Shown here in pieces: positions 27,314 through 36,039 of a stretch of DNA of 64,000 nucleotides; positions within the stretch are counted from its first letter, which is position 1; the number at the start of each line of letters is the position of its first letter. A program made the translations under genes and the position numbers. The notes beneath the pieces were generated by a model. That model was not told the origin of the DNA. It saw only the letters and a list, made by a program, of their open reading frames with translations, and did not search any database. Source of the stretch: an uncultured Bacilli bacterium (GTDB taxonomy: Bacteria > Bacillota_I > Bacilli_A > RF39 > UBA660); the NCBI GenBank assembly GCA_934148845.1, contig CAKPDH010000001.1, forward strand, positions 98,939-162,938. Direction: 5' to 3'.

Positions 27314-27565
27314 TAAGCTTTTGAAAGGCTTTGAATGAGAAAAGTAATAATAATTACTGATTAAAGCGAGTTAGGTATGGTGTAAGCTAACGATTAAGTT
27401 TATTATGAAAAACACTCAGGAGCTTCTAATCTGAATGAAGTAAGGTTAGACGGTTGTAATCCGTTATTAATTACTCGATTTGATAGAATCGGTAAGAGGT
27501 CAATTTTTTGACAATTTGGGTGGTACCGCGGATGATGTTCGTCCCATTGAAGACGAATTACTATT
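27314..27565 (+). promoter_or_regulatory. T-box riboswitch leader (probable Asn specifier)
   Basis: T-box sequence AATTTGGGTGGTACCGCGG at 27513-27531, then terminator stem TTCGTC..GACGAA. Stem I region contains GA/K-turn-like elements and an AAU-rich candidate specifier loop (..AGTAATAATAATTACTGA..). Confidence 0.7.
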
Positions 27566-27569
27566 ATAT

Positions 27570-27645
27570 GCTCAATTAGCTCAGTCGGTAGAGCGCACGG
27601 CTGTTAACCGTTAGGTCGTAGGTTCGAGTCCTACATTGAGCGCCA
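27570..27645 (+). tRNA. tRNA-Asn (anticodon GTT)
   Basis: 76 nt. Acceptor stem GCTCAAT/ATTGAGC, D-arm GCTCAGTCGGTAGAGC, anticodon loop CT-GTT-AA, T-arm GTAGGTTCGAGTCCTAC, encoded CCA. Confidence 0.85.
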
Positions 27646-27653
27646 TCTTATGT

Positions 27654-27729
27654 GCCTCTTTAGCTCAGTCGGTAGAGCGCACGGCTGTTAACCGTTAGGT
27701 CGTAGGTTCGAGTCCTACAAGAGGCGCCA
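27654..27729 (+). tRNA. tRNA-Asn (anticodon GTT), second copy
   Basis: Identical body to the first copy, with a different acceptor stem (GCCTCTT/AAGAGGC). Encoded CCA. Confidence 0.85.
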
Positions 27730-27742
27730 TTTTAGAATAGTA

Positions 27743-27766
27743 ACAAGTCTTATGACTTGTTTTTTT
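27743..27766 (+). terminator. Hairpin terminator/attenuation point between the tRNA genes and gatC
   Basis: ACAAGTC-ttat-GACTTGT followed by T6. Confidence 0.6.
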
Positions 27767-27783
27767 GATTATAAGGAGGATAT

Positions 27784-28074
27784 ATGGTAACTAAGAAAGA
27801 TTTAAAAGAATATGCTAATAAGCTTATGTTTGATATGGATGATAGTGGATATGAAAGAACTCTTAAGGAATTTGAAACTATTGAAAAGCACATGGCTTTG
27901 ATTGGAAAGATAGATGGTATAGAAGATGTTTCTCCTATGACTTTTCCATATGTAATATATCATGCAAAATTAAGAGATGATGTATATGAAAATACATTAA
28001 CTAGCGAAGATGTACTTAAAAATGCAAAAGATACAAAAGCAGATCAAATTAAAGTACCAAAGGTGGTGGGATAA
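27784..28074 (+). CDS. gatC: Glutamyl/aspartyl-tRNA amidotransferase subunit C
   Basis: 96 aa. Position immediately 5' of gatA with a 1-nt overlap. RBS AAGGAGG. Confidence 0.8.
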   Translation: MVTKKDLKEYANKLMFDMDDSGYERTLKEFETIEKHMALIGKIDGIEDVSPMTFPYVIYHAKLRDDVYENTLTSEDVLKNAKDTKADQIKVPKVVG

Positions 28075-29516
28075 TGAAAAATATTGTAGAACTTAGAAAA
28101 GATTTAGATAATAATAATGTTACACCAGAAGATTTATTTAAGTGCGCTAATATGAAGGCTCATAAGTATCAAGATGAATTTAATTCATTTGTAACTATAC
28201 TTGATTCTTGTAATTATAATAGTTCAAATTCTATTTTAAATGGAATACCTTATGCACTTAAGGATAACTTTTCTACAAAAGGAATATTATCCACATCATC
28301 ATCAAATATATTAAAAGATTATGTTCCAGTATATGATGCTACTGTATATAAAAAATTAAAAGAAGCTGGCGCTATACTTGTAGGTAAAACAGTTTTAGAT
28401 GAACTTGCTATGGGTGGAACTGGTACAACTGGTCATACTGGTATAGTAAGAAATCCTTGGGATAAAAATAGACAAATAGGAGGATCTTCCGCTGGTTCAG
28501 CTGCTTCAGTCGCACTTGGTATAGTTCCTTTTGCAATTGGATCAGATACTGGGGACTCAGTAAGAAAACCAGCTGCTTATGGTGGCATTGTAGGATTTAA
28601 ACCAACGTATGGTAGAATATCAAGATATGGACTTTTTGCTTTTGCATCTAGCTTAGATCATGTTGGTATTTTTACACGTAATGTTTTAGATTGTGCTATA
28701 GTAACAGATATAATTAAAGGAAAAGATGAGAGGGATATGACCTCTCTACCTGATGATAATATTAAATATACTGACTTTATAAATGATGATATTAAAGGTA
28801 AAAAATTATTTTATATTAAAGAGTTAACAGATAAAAATTTATATAAAGATAATGATGAAACATTGGAAATTTTATCTAAGTTTGAAGAAAATATAAATAA
28901 ACTTAGAAAAATGGGATTTATTGTTTCAGAAGTATCTTTTGATGAAAAATTATTAAAAGCTATTTATCCTTCTTATATGGCAATTAGTTGTGCCGAAGCA
29001 ACTAGCAATAATTCTAATCTTACTGGTATAATATTTGGCCCAAGAGGTGCTGGAGATAATATTAATGAAATAATGTTTAATGCTAGAACTAATGGATTTT
29101 CTGAACTAATTAAGAGAAGATTTATTTTAGGTAGTTATATTTTACAAAAAGAAAATCAAGAAAGACTATTTAAAAATGCACAAAGACTTAGAAGAATTAT
29201 TGTAGATAAAATGAATGAATTATATAAAGAATATGATGCTATGATATTACCCGCAAGCGGTGGTATAGCTCCAAAATTTGAAGATGAGATAGATAGAATG
29301 AGCGATAGATATTTAATGCTTGAAAATCATATGGCAATAGGTAATTTCGGTGGCTTTCCAAGTATAACTATACCAGCAGGATTTGTAAAAAATATGCCAA
29401 TAGGTATAAATATAACAGGAAAATGTTTTTCTGATTCACTAGTTCTTAATATAGCAAATAAAATAGAAGAAGAATTAGGATATAAAGATTTAATTAAGGA
29501 GGAATATGATGTATAA
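28074..29516 (+). CDS. gatA: Glutamyl/aspartyl-tRNA amidotransferase subunit A (amidase signature)
   Basis: Amidase signature GGSSAGSAASVALG..GSDTGDS.R.PA, catalytic Ser-cisSer-Lys region. 480 aa. Confidence 0.9.
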   Translation: MKNIVELRKDLDNNNVTPEDLFKCANMKAHKYQDEFNSFVTILDSCNYNSSNSILNGIPYALKDNFSTKGILSTSSSNILKDYVPVYDATVYKKLKEAGAILVGKTVLDELAMGGTGTTGHTGIVRNPWDKNRQIGGSSAGSAASVALGIVPFAIGSDTGDSVRKPAAYGGIVGFKPTYGRISRYGLFAFASSLDHVGIFTRNVLDCAIVTDIIKGKDERDMTSLPDDNIKYTDFINDDIKGKKLFYIKELTDKNLYKDNDETLEILSKFEENINKLRKMGFIVSEVSFDEKLLKAIYPSYMAISCAEATSNNSNLTGIIFGPRGAGDNINEIMFNARTNGFSELIKRRFILGSYILQKENQERLFKNAQRLRRIIVDKMNELYKEYDAMILPASGGIAPKFEDEIDRMSDRYLMLENHMAIGNFGGFPSITIPAGFVKNMPIGINITGKCFSDSLVLNIANKIEEELGYKDLIKEEYDV

Positions 29517-30933
29517 GACTGTAATTGGACTTGAAGTACACTGTGAGGTTATTACTAATTCAAAAAACTTTTCAACTGCTAAAAATTCATATTCAGAATA
29601 TCCAAATGAAAATATTGATACAACAGATATAGGTCTTCCTGGAGTTCTTCCAATAGCTAATCGTGAAGCATTTAGAAAATCACTTATGATGGCACTTGCT
29701 CTTAATTGTCAAACTCCAGATATAGTTATGTTTGACAGAAAAAATTATTATTATCCTGATTTACCTAAAGGATATCAAATAACTCAAATGACAAAACCAG
29801 TAGGTATTAATGGATATGTAATGATTAATGTAGACGGTGTCGATAAAAAAGTTGAAATTGATAATATTCATTTAGAAGAAGATACAGCTTCTATGGAGCA
29901 TTTTAGTAATTATTCATTAATCGATTACAATAGAGCAGGAGTACCATTACTTGAAGTTGTAACAACTCCTTGTATGTATTCAGTAAAAGAAGCATTAACA
30001 TTTCTAGAAGCATTAAAAGGTATATTTCTTTATACTGGAGTATCTTTAGCTAGAGTTGATAGAGGACAAATGAGATGTGATGTAAATGTTAATCTTATGG
30101 ATTCTAATGGTAATTATATAACTCCTAAAGTAGAAATGAAAAATATTAATAGCTTTAATAATGTAAAATTAGCTATAGAAGCTGAGGTTAAAAGACAAAT
30201 TGAATGTCTAGAAACAGGTAAGGAAGAATTAATACAAGAAACTCGTAGATTTGATGAAGAAAATCTTACTACACATAGAATGCGTAGTAAAGCTGATGCT
30301 ATTGATTATAAATATTATATAGAACCTAATATTCCACCTATTAAAATAACAGATGAATGGGTATCAGAAATAAAAAGTGAAATACCTATGTTACAATTTG
30401 AAAGAGTAAATAATTATATAAATAATCTTAATTTGAATAGAAAAGAATCTGAATTATTAGTTCATGATAAAAAAATATCAGACTATTTTGAAAATGTTAT
30501 AAAATTAGGTGTTAAACCTAAAGATGCCTCAAACTGGATAACAACAAATGTTATGGGCTATTTAAATAAAAATGGTAAAAATATAGATGAGATTAATTTA
30601 AGTCCTGAATATTTAGCACAATTAATAAAATTAGTTGACACTGGTAAAATATCTGGAAAGCAATCAAAAGAAGTATTTGAACAAATATTAGTTTCATCTA
30701 AATCGCCAGAAGAAATAGTAAAAAGCCTTAACATAACTCAAATTACTGATTTAGATACAATAAGAAATATAGTAGTAAAATTATTAGATAACTATCCAAA
30801 CTTAATAGAGGATCATAAAAAAGGTAAAAATACATTTGATTTCTTTGTAGGTCAAGTAATGAAAGAAACTAAAGGTAGAGCTAATCCAAGTATAACAGCA
30901 CGTATTATAAAAGAAGAAATGGAGGATAGATAA
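29506..30933 (+). CDS. gatB: Glutamyl/aspartyl-tRNA amidotransferase subunit B
   Basis: GLEVHCEV.., ..NRAGVPLLEVVT.., C-terminal YqeY-like tail; 475 aa. Overlaps gatA by 11 nt. Confidence 0.9.
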   Translation: MMYKTVIGLEVHCEVITNSKNFSTAKNSYSEYPNENIDTTDIGLPGVLPIANREAFRKSLMMALALNCQTPDIVMFDRKNYYYPDLPKGYQITQMTKPVGINGYVMINVDGVDKKVEIDNIHLEEDTASMEHFSNYSLIDYNRAGVPLLEVVTTPCMYSVKEALTFLEALKGIFLYTGVSLARVDRGQMRCDVNVNLMDSNGNYITPKVEMKNINSFNNVKLAIEAEVKRQIECLETGKEELIQETRRFDEENLTTHRMRSKADAIDYKYYIEPNIPPIKITDEWVSEIKSEIPMLQFERVNNYINNLNLNRKESELLVHDKKISDYFENVIKLGVKPKDASNWITTNVMGYLNKNGKNIDEINLSPEYLAQLIKLVDTGKISGKQSKEVFEQILVSSKSPEEIVKSLNITQITDLDTIRNIVVKLLDNYPNLIEDHKKGKNTFDFFVGQVMKETKGRANPSITARIIKEEMEDR

Positions 30934-30934
30934 T

Positions 30935-32311
30935 ATGGATTTAAAAGATTTATTAAAAGAAATAGAAAAATATGAAGGAAAAGAAATTACCATAAATGGT
31001 TGGATAAAAAGTCATAGAAAACAAAAAGAATATGGATTTATTGATTTTACTGATGGTACTTGTTTTCAAACACTTCAAGTTGTATATGATAATAAATTAG
31101 AAGATTTCCTAGATATTCAAAAATTACATATAGGAAGCGCTATAGAATTAAATGGTATTATAATTAGGTCCGAAGGTGGAGGACAAAGCCATGAATTAAA
31201 ATTATCAAAAATTAAATTATTGGGTGATTGTCCACTAGATTATCCACTACAATCAAAAGGGAGACCAACTAGAGAATTCTTAAGAGAAATTGCATACTTA
31301 AGACCTCGTACAAATCTTTATAATAATGTTTTTCGTGTAAGAAGTGTAGCTGCATACGCTATACATAAATATTTTCAAGAAAATGGCTATGTATATTTTC
31401 ATGCTCCATTAATTACAGCAAGTGATTGTGAAGGGGCAGGTGAGATGTTTCAAGTAACAACTCTTGATCTAAATAAAATAGCTGAAAGTGGAAAGGTTGA
31501 TTATTCAAAAGACTTCTTTGGTAAACCTGCATCCCTTACTGTAAGTGGTCAACTTCAAGCAGAAACATTTGCGCTTGCATATAAAAAGACATATACATTT
31601 GGTCCCACATTTAGAGCAGAAAATTCAAATACTAAAACACATGCAAATGAATTTTGGATGATTGAACCAGAAATCGCATTCTGTGACCTTGAAGGCGATA
31701 TGAATATTATGGAAGATATGCTTAAATATGTAGTTAAGTATGTACTTGATAATTGTAAGAGTGAAATGTCATTTTTTGATTCGTACGTTGAAAAAGGTCT
31801 AATTAATAAATTAACTAAGCTTGTTAATAGTAAGTTTGTAAGAATAGATCATAAAGAAGTTATTTCTATTTTGAAAAAAGCAGATGTAAAATGGGAATTT
31901 GAACCAGAATATGGTGAAGATATTGCAAAAGAACATGAAAAATATATTACTGAGTATTTTGATGGACCAGTATTTATAAAAAATTGGCCAAAAGATATAA
32001 AAGCATTCTATATGAAACAAAATGATGATTTAGAAACAGTAGCTGCTGTTGATCTTGAAGTTCCAGGAGCAGGTGAGCTTATGGGTGGATCTCAAAGAGA
32101 AGAAAGCTATGATAAGCTATTAAATAGAATGAAAGAACTAAATATGAGTACAGACGGGTTAGATTGGTATTTAAATTTAAGAAAATTTGGTGGATGTGTA
32201 CATTCAGGATTTGGAATGGGATTTGAAAGATTACTTATTTATTTAACTGGTGTAGATAATATAAGAGATGTTATTCCTTATTATAGAACACCAGGAAATT
32301 GTGATTATTAA
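30935..32311 (+). CDS. Class IIb aminoacyl-tRNA synthetase, AsnRS-like (asparaginyl-tRNA synthetase or archaeal-type non-discriminating AspRS)
   Basis: 458 aa. N-terminal OB anticodon-binding domain. Motif 2 [28 protein letters not shown] (close to B. subtilis AsnS [28 protein letters not shown]), motif 3 ..GFGMGFERL.. Length excludes bacterial-type AspRS (about 590 aa). Confidence 0.8.
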   Translation: [458 protein letters not shown]

Positions 32312-32325
32312 AATTTATAAATTAA

Positions 32326-32355
32326 AGCATTTAAACTATTTGAATGCTTTTTTAA
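32326..32355 (+). terminator. Terminator after the aaRS gene
   Basis: AAAGCATT-11 nt-AATGCTTT followed by a T-rich tract. Confidence 0.5.
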
Positions 32356-32408
32356 TTTTAAATTTCAATTTTTCTTTTTTTAGACATATATTTTAATAGG
32401 AGGTATAT

Positions 32409-33614
32409 ATGTTTAAAAAAATTTGGAAAAATTATAAATTTCCAATTATATTATTAATTTCTATAATAATAGGATGTATTTTAGGAATTATTTTAGGTGA
32501 TAATGCTATATCATTAAAACCTATAGGAACTATATTTATAAATATGCTTTATGTAATAGTAGTTCCTTTAGTATTCTTTACTATTTCTAGTAGTATATCA
32601 AGTATTAAAAGTTTAAAAAAACTTGGTAAAATATTTAAAGTAATGTTTATTGTATTTATTATAACAAGTATGTTATCTGCTTTATTTACTTTAATTGGTG
32701 TTAAAATAATAGACCCTGTTGGTAATATTAATATAAGTCTTACAGCAGGTACTAAAGAAAATATAGATATTGGAAGTAAAATAGTTGATATGTTAACGGT
32801 TTCAGACTTTTATCAATTATTATCTAAAGGTAGTATGTTACCACTTATTATATTTTCTATAATATTTGGATTTGGTGTAGGAATGGTAAAGGATGAATCA
32901 AAAAAAATATCTGATGCTTTAAATTTAATATCAAAAGTAATGATGAATGTAATAAAAATAATTATGTATTATGCTCCTATAGGATTATGTGCTTATTTTG
33001 CAGCACTTATAGGAGAATATGGTAAAGAAATAATAGGTAGTTATGCTAGAAGTATGATATTTTATTACATTATGGCTATATTGTATTATGTTATATTTTA
33101 TACTATATATAGCTATATATATAAGAAAAAAAGAGGAGTTAAAGAGTTTTTTAAAAGTGCTTTTACTCCAACAGTAACATCACTTGGCACCTGTTCTTCA
33201 CTTGCAAGTCTTCCATCAAATTTAGAATGTGCTACAGAACTTGGAATAGATGATGATGTAGCTAAAACAACACTTCCAATAGGAGCTACTATGCATATGG
33301 AAGGATCCAGTATGGCATCAATTCTAAAAATAGCTTTCTTATTTGGTGTATTTGGTAAAAGTTTTACAGGAATAGATACATATCTAATAGCTATTTTAAT
33401 TTCAGTATTATCAGGAGTAGTAATGTCAGGAATACCTGGTGGAGGATTAATAGGAGAAATGCTAATAGTTTCATTATATAATTTCCCATTAGAAGCATTC
33501 CCTATAATTGCAACAATAGGCTGGATAGTAGATCCACCAGCTACTTGCTTAAATGTAGTAGGAGATGTTGCTAGTGCGTCTCTCATAGATAAATATATAA
33601 ATAAAAAAAGTTAA
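32409..33614 (+). CDS. Dicarboxylate/amino acid:cation symporter (DAACS family)
   Basis: 401 aa, 8-10 TM segments with re-entrant-loop-like regions (..TLPIGATMHMEGSSMA.., ..SGIPGGGLIGE..) typical of GltP/SstT-like transporters. RBS AGGAGG. Confidence 0.65.
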   Translation: MFKKIWKNYKFPIILLISIIIGCILGIILGDNAISLKPIGTIFINMLYVIVVPLVFFTISSSISSIKSLKKLGKIFKVMFIVFIITSMLSALFTLIGVKIIDPVGNINISLTAGTKENIDIGSKIVDMLTVSDFYQLLSKGSMLPLIIFSIIFGFGVGMVKDESKKISDALNLISKVMMNVIKIIMYYAPIGLCAYFAALIGEYGKEIIGSYARSMIFYYIMAILYYVIFYTIYSYIYKKKRGVKEFFKSAFTPTVTSLGTCSSLASLPSNLECATELGIDDDVAKTTLPIGATMHMEGSSMASILKIAFLFGVFGKSFTGIDTYLIAILISVLSGVVMSGIPGGGLIGEMLIVSLYNFPLEAFPIIATIGWIVDPPATCLNVVGDVASASLIDKYINKKS

Positions 33615-33627
33615 ACTATAACGTAAA

Positions 33628-33807
33628 ATATAGTAGTTATTTAATTACTATATTTTTTTTGTAAATTAGATTAACTAATGATAAAATTAATATGTAAGCT
33701 AGGAGGATATATGAAAAATAACAGTAGCTGTAAGTAGTAGCATTAGGTAATTCTGTATTTAATTGGTATCAGGAAAAAGTGATGCAGATATAAAATGGGC
33801 TGAATAA
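33628..33807 (+). pseudogene. Deletion remnant of a second copy of the LRR-protein gene (terminator hairpin + promoter + 5' 40 nt + 3' 55 nt of CDS)
   Basis: 33628-33659 repeats the leuS-terminator hairpin (ATATAGTAGTTATTTAATTACTATAT + T-run). 33659-33687 retains TTGTAA-17-TAAAAT. AGGAGGATATATGAAAAA(9-nt deletion)TAACAGTAGCTG matches 12571-12615, then jumps to ..GGAAAAAGTGATGCAGATATAAAATGGGCTGAATAA, matching the last codons of the 12581-14014 gene (..GKSDADIKWAE*). Confidence 0.55.
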
Positions 33808-33883
33808 AAATATAGAGTTTTCTATCTTTTTTTATTAAATTATTATTAAGTATGGTATAATTAGATAGTAGAAAAGAGGATTT

Positions 33884-36028
33884 ATGAATAAAGATTTAAT
33901 AAAGGAGATAAGTAATGAACTTGGTATTACTGTAAAACAAGTAGAAGTTACTTTAAAATTACTAGAAGAAGGAAATACTATACCATTTATAGCTCGTTAT
34001 AGAAAGGAAGCAACAAATGCATTAAATGAAGATCAAATTAAATCTATAGGTGATGTTTATTCATATCAATTAAATTTATTAAAGAGAAAAGAAGATGTAA
34101 TAAGATTAATAGATGAAAAGGGAATGCTTACAGATGAGCTTAAGTCTTCAATTTTATCATGTACTAAACTTGTTGATGTAGAAGATTTATATAGGCCTTA
34201 TAAGGAGAAGAAGAAGACTAAAGCAACTCTTGCTATAAAAAACGGTCTTGAAGGTCTTGCAAAGGAATTGATGGAGTTTAATGCTTGTGATATTAATGCA
34301 GTAGCTAGTAAGTATTTAAATGATAATGTTAAAACTATATTAGATGCAGTTACAGGTGCTAAATATATAATTGCTGAAAATATAAGTGATAATGCTAAAT
34401 ATAGAAAGTATATAAGGGATAATACATATAATTATGGAACTATTAAAAGTAAAATAAAAAAAGATGCAGTAGATACTAATAAAGTGTATGATATGTATTA
34501 TGATTATGAGGAAAAAATTAAATATATAAAGCCTCATAGAATACTTGCTTTAAATAGAGGAGAGAATGAAGGCATACTCAGTGTTTCTATACAAAATGAT
34601 AAGGATAAAGTACTTTCTTATTTGTATAAGAAGGTGATTAAAAATGACTTATCACCATCTGCAAATATTGTGAAAGAAGCAATAGATGATTCTTATAAGC
34701 GACTTATATTTCCATCAATAGAACGTGAAATTAGAAGTGAATTAACTCTTTTAGGTGAAGATGCAGCTATTTTAAATTTTTCTAAAAATTTAGAGTCATT
34801 ATTATTAACTCCACCTATAAAAGAAAAAATTGTATTAGCTTTTGACCCTGGTTTTGTTAATGGATGTAAAATAGCTGTAATAGATGCAACAGGTAAATAT
34901 TTAGATTCTACAGTAATAAAACCATTTTTAAAAAGTAATGATAATTATTTAAAAGAAATGGAAATAGTAAAAGATTTAGTAATTAAATATAATGTAGATA
35001 TAATAGCAATTGGAAATGGAACAGCTTCACGTGAATCAGAAAGGTTTATATCTGATTTAATTAAAAAGTATAATTTAAATTGTAAATATATAATAGTATC
35101 TGAAGCTGGTGCTTCAATATATAGTGCATCTAAGCTTGCACAATTAGAATTTCCAGATCTAGAAATAGAAAAAAGAAGTGCCGTTAGTATAGGTAGAAGA
35201 CTTCAAGATCCTTTATCTGAGCTTGTTAAAATTCCACCAGAAGGAATAGGCGTTGGGCTGTATCAACACGATGTATCACAAAAAAAATTAAGTGAAAATC
35301 TTGATTTTGTTGTTAGTAAAACTGTAAATAATGTAGGAGTAAATGTAAATACAGCATCAACTGCTTTACTTAAATATGTATCTGGTTTTACTAAGAAAAA
35401 TATAGAAAAAATAATTGAATATAGAAATAAAATGGGTAAATTTAAATCTAGAGATGAAATAGAAAAATTATTAAGTGATAAAGTTTACGAACAATCAATT
35501 GGATTTTTAAGAATTACAGATGGTTCAAATATATTAGATTCAACTTCTATACATCCAGAAAGTTATAATATAGTTTTAAAGCTTTTAGAGAGTCTTAATA
35601 TGAATTTAAGTGATATTGGTACAGAAAAATTAATATCTATGCTTGATAACATTAATTTAAATGAATATAAAGATATTCTTAATACCGATATTTATACATT
35701 AGAAGATTTAATTAAATCATTAAAAAAGCCTAATAGAGATCCTAGAGATTATATAGATGCTCCTATTTTAAAAAGTAATATATTAGAGCTTAATGATCTA
35801 AGTGTAGGAATGCATCTTCAAGGTACTGTTAGAAATGTAGTTGACTTTGGAGCTTTTATAGATATTGGATTACACGAAGATGGACTTGTTCATATATCTA
35901 AAATAACTAATAAATATATAAAACATCCAAGTGAAGTATTAAGTGTTGGAGATATAGTTGATTGCTATGTAGATGAAATAAAACTTGATAAGAAGAAAGT
36001 TTCGCTTAGTTTAATTAAACCTAGTTAA
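33884..36028 (+). CDS. tex: Transcription accessory protein Tex
   Basis: 714 aa. N-terminal helix-hairpin-helix/YqgF-like regions, ..IAIGNGTASRESE.. (YqgF/RuvC-like), HhH region, C-terminal S1 domain (..GTVRNVVDFGAFIDIGLHEDGLVHISK..). Confidence 0.85.
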   Translation: MNKDLIKEISNELGITVKQVEVTLKLLEEGNTIPFIARYRKEATNALNEDQIKSIGDVYSYQLNLLKRKEDVIRLIDEKGMLTDELKSSILSCTKLVDVEDLYRPYKEKKKTKATLAIKNGLEGLAKELMEFNACDINAVASKYLNDNVKTILDAVTGAKYIIAENISDNAKYRKYIRDNTYNYGTIKSKIKKDAVDTNKVYDMYYDYEEKIKYIKPHRILALNRGENEGILSVSIQNDKDKVLSYLYKKVIKNDLSPSANIVKEAIDDSYKRLIFPSIEREIRSELTLLGEDAAILNFSKNLESLLLTPPIKEKIVLAFDPGFVNGCKIAVIDATGKYLDSTVIKPFLKSNDNYLKEMEIVKDLVIKYNVDIIAIGNGTASRESERFISDLIKKYNLNCKYIIVSEAGASIYSASKLAQLEFPDLEIEKRSAVSIGRRLQDPLSELVKIPPEGIGVGLYQHDVSQKKLSENLDFVVSKTVNNVGVNVNTASTALLKYVSGFTKKNIEKIIEYRNKMGKFKSRDEIEKLLSDKVYEQSIGFLRITDGSNILDSTSIHPESYNIVLKLLESLNMNLSDIGTEKLISMLDNINLNEYKDILNTDIYTLEDLIKSLKKPNRDPRDYIDAPILKSNILELNDLSVGMHLQGTVRNVVDFGAFIDIGLHEDGLVHISKITNKYIKHPSEVLSVGDIVDCYVDEIKLDKKKVSLSLIKPS

Positions 36029-36039
36029 GAGGAGATTTT

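Noticed and set aside
33113-33586. 157-aa minus-strand ORF
   Set aside because: Lies entirely antisense within the DAACS transporter gene, has no RBS, and its composition mirrors the sense strand.
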